From Pyrodictiaceae archaeon (GTDB taxonomy: Archaea > Thermoproteota > Thermoprotei_A > Sulfolobales > Pyrodictiaceae): a DNA stretch of 64,000 bases. The notes beneath the pieces were generated by a model. It did not search any database, was not told where the DNA came from, and saw nothing but the letters and a program-made list of their open reading frames with translations. The DNA lies in the NCBI GenBank assembly GCA_027036135.1, contig JALVSY010000007.1, positions 772,880 through 836,879 of the forward strand. The letters are read 5' to 3'. This document shows, one piece after another, positions 58,114 to 64,000 of this stretch. The stretch's first letter is position 1. The number at the start of each line of letters is the position of its first letter. Both the position numbers and the translations under genes were made by a program.

Positions 58114-60309
58114 GTGTATAGCGCACTCCGCGAGTTCGAGGAATGGCTAATAGGGCTGAGAGAGACTGGGTATAGGGGATTAGTGCTTCTACACTCATCT
58201 ATCCTAAGCGCCGCGCTCGACGCCGTAAGCGATAGGCTTCATACCTTTTATAGCAACGTGACATGTATAGCTCCTAGGGAGCTTAGGCAGAAAGTCTCCC
58301 GGAACAAGTGCGCTCACTGGCTCAGTCCCTCCGCAATAGAAAGGCTTCTTGGTACCGATAACGAGGCCGTAGTGATTGCTGTACCTAGGCTTCTCCGCCC
58401 TAATCTCGTTGCTGCCGCTGCTGAGACAGTGGTTCGGGGAGGCGTACTAGTCATACTGGCGCCGATGCTTAGTGACTGGGAGCCAGGCGGCGAGATGACA
58501 ATAGGCAACTATAAGAGGTACTTGATTAAACGCCTCTACCGCTCGAGGAGCGTTTTCTGGGCCTGCCTAGACACCGATACCGTCTATTTAGCTAGGTTAC
58601 CGACCCGCTACACACAGCAAGAGAGAAAGGAGGAATATAGGCCAAGGAGCCACGTGAGCCGCGAGCTACTCCGCCTAGCCAGTAGCACGGATCAGGCAAG
58701 AGGCCTAGACGAACTCGTCTATCATTTTAGAACAATGCATGGAAGAGGAGCATTCATAGTAGGTGATCGTGGAAGAGGGAAGTCGGGACTACTAGGACTA
58801 TTCGCGGCCTATCTCATAAATAGCCACATGGTTGGGTTCTTGCCCGTAACGGCTCCCTCTCCTTGGAGTATTCAGAGCTTCTTTAACGTGCTGCTACACG
58901 CTCTTAGTCGCCTTGGTGTTAGAAGAGTAAAGGTACTGAGACAATCAGACCTAGTCATAGGCATTAATGGGCCCTGGTTCCGTATCCGATATCTTCCACC
59001 CGATCGCATGGAGACAGGCTCCTTCACAATAATAGATGAGGGAGCTGCACTAGGCCCGTTAAGACTTCGGCTCATTGCAGCCAAAGCTCCACGTCTCCTC
59101 ATAGCAACTACTATTCACGGTTATGAGGGTAGTGGCAGGGTACTAGCCAAGATAGTTGAGGACATAGTCCCGGCTCCAAGAATTAGAGTAGAACTATCAA
59201 CGCCTATACGCTATCTTCCAGGAGACCCTTTAGAAGAATGGATCTATACAACATTTATGCTAAGGATCGAGCCGAGAAAGCCTCCACGAGAGCTAGATAC
59301 TAGCAAGCTAGAGCTAAGGGTCGTTCAACGTGAACGACTCGTAGAAGATGAAGAGCTGCTTGAGAAGATTTACTCTATACTGGTCCTAGCTCATTACCGT
59401 AATGAGCCCGATGACTTGGCATTGATACTTGACGCGCCTCATCACATGCTCTTCGCGGCAACCATAGGCAAAGAGGTAGTAGCGGTAGCTGATGCCTCAA
59501 GAGAGTCTGGTAACGCGCCCTATGAGGCAAGAATAATGCCGGATCTCCTTGCAACAAGCAATCCGGAAGCGCTTCATCTATCTGGTTTAAGGATAGTACG
59601 CATAGCAGTGCATCCCGACCTTCAGCGAAGAGGTATTGGTTCAAAGCTGCTAAGCTTCATAGAAGACTATGCGGCGTCGATGAGCCTCGACTGGGTAGGA
59701 GCTAGTTTCGGGCAACCAGATGTAGTAAGGTTTTGGCTACATAATGGCTATGTCGTTGCCTATGTTTCGCCGCTGCCAAGCAAAGCGACGGGAGAACACA
59801 ACATAGCTGTAATAAAGCCATTAAATAATACATCCGAGAAAATCCTAGTAGCCATAGCCAAGGACATGGTAAAGAGGCTACTACTAGCTGGCCATACCCT
59901 TTATCGAGGCGTCCCAGCCGAAATAATGGCAACACTATTAGAGGGGGACAAGAAGCTATCTCAGAAACCACTAGCCGAGCTATCCCTTGAGCAACTTCAC
60001 CGAGTAAAGCTGGTGCTCTCGCACCAACTAGACGTGGAAGCAGCTCTCGACGCTTACTGGCTACTACTGGTAAACACAGCGCTAGAGAACGGGGGTCTCA
60101 GTCTTCTAGACCGCAATGAACGAGTTGTGGTAATAGCTAGGGTGATCCAGGGAAAGAGCCTGCGCGACCTAATGACGCTAACAAACAAAGACGCTGAAAC
60201 CGTAAAGATGCTGCTTTATTCTGCGCTCGAAAAACTCATAGAGAACACTGCTATAGACTCATTTAATGGGACTACTAATAGAGGAAGCGACAACAAAAAG
60301 AATGTCTGA
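58114..60309 (+). CDS. tmcA: RNA cytidine acetyltransferase (TmcA/Nat10)
   Basis: GDRGRGKS, IIDEGA, TTIHGYEGSGR, AHYRNEPDDL, RIAVHPDLQRRGIGS. Confidence 0.95.
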   Translation: MYSALREFEEWLIGLRETGYRGLVLLHSSILSAALDAVSDRLHTFYSNVTCIAPRELRQKVSRNKCAHWLSPSAIERLLGTDNEAVVIAVPRLLRPNLVAAAAETVVRGGVLVILAPMLSDWEPGGEMTIGNYKRYLIKRLYRSRSVFWACLDTDTVYLARLPTRYTQQERKEEYRPRSHVSRELLRLASSTDQARGLDELVYHFRTMHGRGAFIVGDRGRGKSGLLGLFAAYLINSHMVGFLPVTAPSPWSIQSFFNVLLHALSRLGVRRVKVLRQSDLVIGINGPWFRIRYLPPDRMETGSFTIIDEGAALGPLRLRLIAAKAPRLLIATTIHGYEGSGRVLAKIVEDIVPAPRIRVELSTPIRYLPGDPLEEWIYTTFMLRIEPRKPPRELDTSKLELRVVQRERLVEDEELLEKIYSILVLAHYRNEPDDLALILDAPHHMLFAATIGKEVVAVADASRESGNAPYEARIMPDLLATSNPEALHLSGLRIVRIAVHPDLQRRGIGSKLLSFIEDYAASMSLDWVGASFGQPDVVRFWLHNGYVVAYVSPLPSKATGEHNIAVIKPLNNTSEKILVAIAKDMVKRLLLAGHTLYRGVPAEIMATLLEGDKKLSQKPLAELSLEQLHRVKLVLSHQLDVEAALDAYWLLLVNTALENGGLSLLDRNERVVVIARVIQGKSLRDLMTLTNKDAETVKMLLYSALEKLIENTAIDSFNGTTNRGSDNKKNV

Positions 60310-60321
60310 GGCAAAATAGGA

Positions 60322-61017
60322 ATGAGCTTGCTAGCTATATTCGCTCTCATACTTAGTCTCAACGCGACTATTAATGCTCAGAGCTTGAATAGTACTTGCG
60401 GCAGCGTAAGTGTAAACGCGCTCGCGAGAGTAACAGAACCCGTCCAAGGGGTCATAACCGGTTATACGCCATTCTTGGTAATAACTTTGAGCGGCCAACT
60501 AGTCCCTGTCAACGCAACGCTAAAGGCAAGTGCACTAATCCCTCAAATGAGACAACAATTACCAATCGTCATCCAGTCTCTCTCGACACACAAGTTTATT
60601 ATCAAGACAATGAGTACAATACCTCTCGATTTCCCTGTACTCTACATAGTTGAGATAAAGGGATCAAGCAAAGCATGTAGGCTTGAAGTATTAGTAAAGC
60701 CTCCGAGAAGGATGCCAAAGAGTAATGCGAGACAAGAGAAAATGCTTGTTAAAAACCCTGCTGAAAAACAACTGACGAGATACGATCCTCTTGGCTTCCT
60801 GGACACAAATATCACTCCAGCAGAACGGGGCCATAATGTCTTAATTAGTCAATTACCGAGTCATCAATTAGGTGAAAAGAAGAACCTAAGCAAGTCCAGT
60901 AATAGGGATATTCTACTCTTTATAGCTGTAGCATTTCTAAGCACAGCGCTCATAATCACTGTTATGGACTACCTATCTTCTCGGAGAGGTATTCAGCAAC
61001 GCGTTTCGGGAGCATAG
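60322..61017 (+). CDS. Hypothetical exported protein with C-terminal membrane anchor
   Basis: N-terminal signal peptide, beta-rich body, C-terminal TM plus RR. Confidence 0.65.
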   Translation: MSLLAIFALILSLNATINAQSLNSTCGSVSVNALARVTEPVQGVITGYTPFLVITLSGQLVPVNATLKASALIPQMRQQLPIVIQSLSTHKFIIKTMSTIPLDFPVLYIVEIKGSSKACRLEVLVKPPRRMPKSNARQEKMLVKNPAEKQLTRYDPLGFLDTNITPAERGHNVLISQLPSHQLGEKKNLSKSSNRDILLFIAVAFLSTALIITVMDYLSSRRGIQQRVSGA

Positions 61018-61660
61018 CGAGAATAGTTTGCTTTATAAGCTCAGCTAGTGCTGGTACAACACCTTTCTCGTTATAGGTTTCGATTATTTTTAGCCAATTT
61101 ATACGAATAATGATAATGGCGACTACTATGCTACCGATTATGAGGGCTGCCAGTGCCTCAGGGCTGAGACCCTCGCTGCCAGTGATCGATCGTATAAGGT
61201 CGCCAAATACGACTGCGAGAAAGGTTATTACTATTTTCCCAAGGGCTACCGCGATGAAGAAAAGTAACAAGTTGTAACCAGTGACCCCGAGCGGCACATA
61301 TAGTACGTCATCGGGTAATGGAAGCGCTGCGAATAAGAATAGAGCGAAGAAGACGCTTTTCTTGAATGCTTTCGCAAATATCTCAACGTTCTGGCGCGTA
61401 TTCTTGGGAAGAATTCGGCGAAAGCTCCTACCAAGCAAGAAGACTATGACCTTACCGAGGGCTGCGCCGACGCCTCCGCTTACTGCCACGAATACCTTCT
61501 CTACATCATTATGGAGATAGAGACCCCAGCCAGCTATAATGCCTAGGTACGGTACAGTCATGTATGGTATGGCGTTGCTAGCAAGCGATATTATGAATGC
61601 AGAGAGTACAGGGTTCTTTACCCCAATTATAGCCATGATTGTGTCAATAATGTTGCTCAA
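60962..61660 (-). CDS. VTT/DedA (SNARE-associated) membrane protein
   Basis: GAALGK...LGR, FLFAALPLPDD.LYVPLG, GKIV. Confidence 0.88.
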   Translation of the reverse strand: MSNIIDTIMAIIGVKNPVLSAFIISLASNAIPYMTVPYLGIIAGWGLYLHNDVEKVFVAVSGGVGAALGKVIVFLLGRSFRRILPKNTRQNVEIFAKAFKKSVFFALFLFAALPLPDDVLYVPLGVTGYNLLLFFIAVALGKIVITFLAVVFGDLIRSITGSEGLSPEALAALIIGSIVVAIIIIRINWLKIIETYNEKGVVPALAELIKQTILAMLPKRVAEYLSEKIGSP

Positions 61661-61859
61661 AGCACTGAATACCCCGTGGAGCTCTCAATATATCCCGAAG
61701 TTATTCTTAGCCAGGCTGTTAAGAAGCCCCAGGGACCCAAGCCGCATAGCTTTAATTGAGGGAAATAATAATTTGTGCTACGAGGTGCATCCAGCATAGA
61801 TGGCGGGGTGAAGACTGCAAACGCGGCTGAGAGAATACAGTGCTGAGGCCCTCGATCAC

Positions 61860-62405
61860 TTACCGCCTTCTCCCAAGCATCCTAGCTAAGAGCTTTCTTG
61901 CTTCTTCAAGTGTCTCGTTAATACCTCTCCAGTGCCCTCCCCTCCAGTATACTTGGCCGCAGCGTGGACATATCCAGAACTCGTTATAGGACTCGTAGAC
62001 GCGGGGAGGAACTCGTCCCTTCACCTTAGGTTTTTCTATTCTCTTAAGAGGAGTGTTGCAAAGAGGGCATCTACTTCTATCCGGGTCTATCTCGAGCCTT
62101 ATACCGTAAGTCGCTCCTAGCTTGGCAAGGGCCTCTGCTATATTGTCGCTTACAAAGACCGCTTCAATACCACGGCGTAGTGCCCGCCTATATAGGCCAC
62201 GGTCACGAGTTACAATTATGCGCCCAGTAGTTGCTGCCTCATCTAGGATGCGTGAGTCGTGCCATCCCTTAGCATAGACAGTATCGTACCCCAGCATACG
62301 CAGCCAGCGTGCTAGCGAGCCAAGCATAGAGTCAACTATGAAAGCCGGCTCCCTATGCCTACGAGTAGCCAGAATCACGACTGACGAGTCCTTTTCAGAG
62401 GACAT
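61860..62405 (-). CDS. Mut7-C RNase domain protein (DUF82)
   Basis: FIVDSMLGSLARWLRMLGYD, TRDRGL, RCPLCN, CPRCGQVYWRGGH. Confidence 0.93.
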   Translation of the reverse strand: MSSEKDSSVVILATRRHREPAFIVDSMLGSLARWLRMLGYDTVYAKGWHDSRILDEAATTGRIIVTRDRGLYRRALRRGIEAVFVSDNIAEALAKLGATYGIRLEIDPDRSRCPLCNTPLKRIEKPKVKGRVPPRVYESYNEFWICPRCGQVYWRGGHWRGINETLEEARKLLARMLGRRR

Positions 62406-62575
62406 TTCTTCTTATTCGCCTCCCCGATAATTTTTCCTTTTCACCGATACCTATACCTAGAACAGAGTACTGTGCTTATTCCTCTTCCCTGTTTTTATCT
62501 CTCTACTTCATTTCTAAAACACTGGGAAGGTATGGCAAAAGACTGTTAGCATACACTGGAGACGAGGCCTTTACC

Positions 62576-63376
62576 CTAGGCTGTTTTTGACGCTATTAGA
62601 CGGACTAGTTCATCAAGGGTTATTATCCCGACTATTTTGTCCTCGTGCATTACTACTACTCCTTTACTATTCTTCTGCTTCATCTTATCATAGGCTTCTG
62701 CTGCACTAGCATCCGGAGTTACTATAGGTGGTCTCAGTCTCATTATATCGTCTACTAAGAGGTGCTCTATTCTCTCCTTACGATACTTCTCTGGCACTAT
62801 GTCATGAAAGGCTAGGAAAGCATCTGCTACCTCGTCGACTGTGACGTAGCCTACTAGTCTATTCTCCTCATCGAGCACTGGTATGAATAGGAGATTGTAT
62901 TGAAGCAATAGCTTTCTCGCGTGGAGAACCTTGTTTGTTGTCCTAAGTATCTCGGGTACCGTTATCATTGTATCAACCGCCTTTGTATCCGGTGCCACGT
63001 CGCGAACAAAGCTAGCTATCTCCCACCGAGTTACCAGGCCAATAACCTTCTCGTCTTCCACGACAGGGTAGCTTCCAACATTATCGCTTACCATCTTTCT
63101 CGCAACTTCGCCTACGCTTAGACTTGGAGGTATCGTCTTGGGATCAGGCGTCATAAAGCTTGACACATGCATGCGTCCAGGTACAAGGTTCCTTGTGCGC
63201 AGTGTCGCCAATTTGACCATTATGTCCTTCTTAGTCATAATACCTACTAGCTTCTCGTCCTCGAAGGCCAGTACACGATCCATATCGTAGCGCTTCATTA
63301 CCCTAACTGCATGCTCTAATGTCTCGTCTTTATCAACCGCCGGGTAATCGCGGAGCATTATCTCCTCTGCCTTCAT
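62576..63376 (-). CDS. Four-CBS-domain protein
   Basis: Repeated CBS motifs (LVGIMTKKD, VIGLVT, LVGYVT, IVGIIT). Confidence 0.9.
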   Translation of the reverse strand: MKAEEIMLRDYPAVDKDETLEHAVRVMKRYDMDRVLAFEDEKLVGIMTKKDIMVKLATLRTRNLVPGRMHVSSFMTPDPKTIPPSLSVGEVARKMVSDNVGSYPVVEDEKVIGLVTRWEIASFVRDVAPDTKAVDTMITVPEILRTTNKVLHARKLLLQYNLLFIPVLDEENRLVGYVTVDEVADAFLAFHDIVPEKYRKERIEHLLVDDIMRLRPPIVTPDASAAEAYDKMKQKNSKGVVVMHEDKIVGIITLDELVRLIASKTA

Positions 63377-63472
63377 GGGGCTCTCCCCCCTATTCTACGA
63401 AAAAGGTGAAGGTTTTAATTCAACGATGAAAAGAAATGAAACAATGTTGAAGGAGCACTATGCCTTGTGCTA

Positions 63473-64000
63473 TTAGCTCTCAGCTATCGCTTGTAGAATA
63501 TTATGCTTAACAACGACTCCGAGAGGCTCGCGGTCACGAACAACTGGTACCGAACTAAAACCATGCCTTATCATCAGCCGAGCCGCCTCTGCAAGATCTT
63601 CGTCAGCCTCTACTGTTATTGGATCAGGAGTCATTATATCCTGAGCAGTCATTATGGTGTACTCGTAGACGGGGCCGAGCCTACCTTTTGGTAACTCCGC
63701 GAACCTTCTAACACTCTTAGCTTTCGGACGCGGTGCTGAAGGGAACTCTGATGCAAATGCTATATCGCTTGGAGCGATGATACCTATTACCTCTCCTGCA
63801 TCAACTACCAGGACTCTACGAGAGGGGTGCGAGTAGAGAAGATCAACTACATACGATACGCTATGAGCTGGGGAAGCTCTCGGCACGTCATCAAACATGT
63901 AGTCTGAGGCCTTGTATTTCCCTCTTAGCCTCTCCGCATAAGCTCTCACTATATCAGTCTTCGTTATTATACCTATAAGTCTGCCATTCTCATCAACTAC
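63473..64000 (-). CDS. CBS-domain protein (5' partial, continues beyond the window)
   Basis: Frame is open from the right edge (VVDENGRLIGIITKTDIVR) and carries CBS motifs. Confidence 0.9.
   Translation of the reverse strand, partial: VVDENGRLIGIITKTDIVRAYAERLRGKYKASDYMFDDVPRASPAHSVSYVVDLLYSHPSRRVLVVDAGEVIGIIAPSDIAFASEFPSAPRPKAKSVRRFAELPKGRLGPVYEYTIMTAQDIMTPDPITVEADEDLAEAARLMIRHGFSSVPVVRDREPLGVVVKHNILQAIAES

Overview
A gene-dense 64 kb chromosomal segment from a hyperthermophilic crenarchaeon (Thermoproteota). Desulfurococcales, probably Pyrodictiaceae, is inferred from rpS26e, aIF-1A/Rio1/KH, the A-type ATP synthase, a BHB-intron tRNA and frequent TTG/GTG starts. Most of it is housekeeping: pstSCAB-phoU, tatA/tatC, proS, a rearranged A1Ao ATP synthase cluster, cdc48, thiL, dcd, tmcA, and a biotin-dependent acyl-CoA carboxylase cluster. 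The most distinctive part is the left ~6 kb, an apparent respiratory electron-transfer module: tetraheme cytochrome c, Tat-exported 4Fe-4S protein, NrfD/DsrP-type membrane protein, a Thr-stalked monoheme cytochrome c and a polyferredoxin, plus a divergent CXXCH/Reeler-like surface protein. No catalytic subunit is visible in the window. Signals outside the ORF track: four candidate box C/D guide sRNAs, probable CTG starts for adjacent aIF-1A and rio1, ~11-bp-periodic repeats in the phoU/pstS intergenic region, two small ORFs with good expression signals, a methyltransferase frameshifted at an (AG)5 tract, and an EamA pseudogene. No CRISPR array, rRNA, integrase or transposase was seen. All calls are by motif recognition; no database searches were run.
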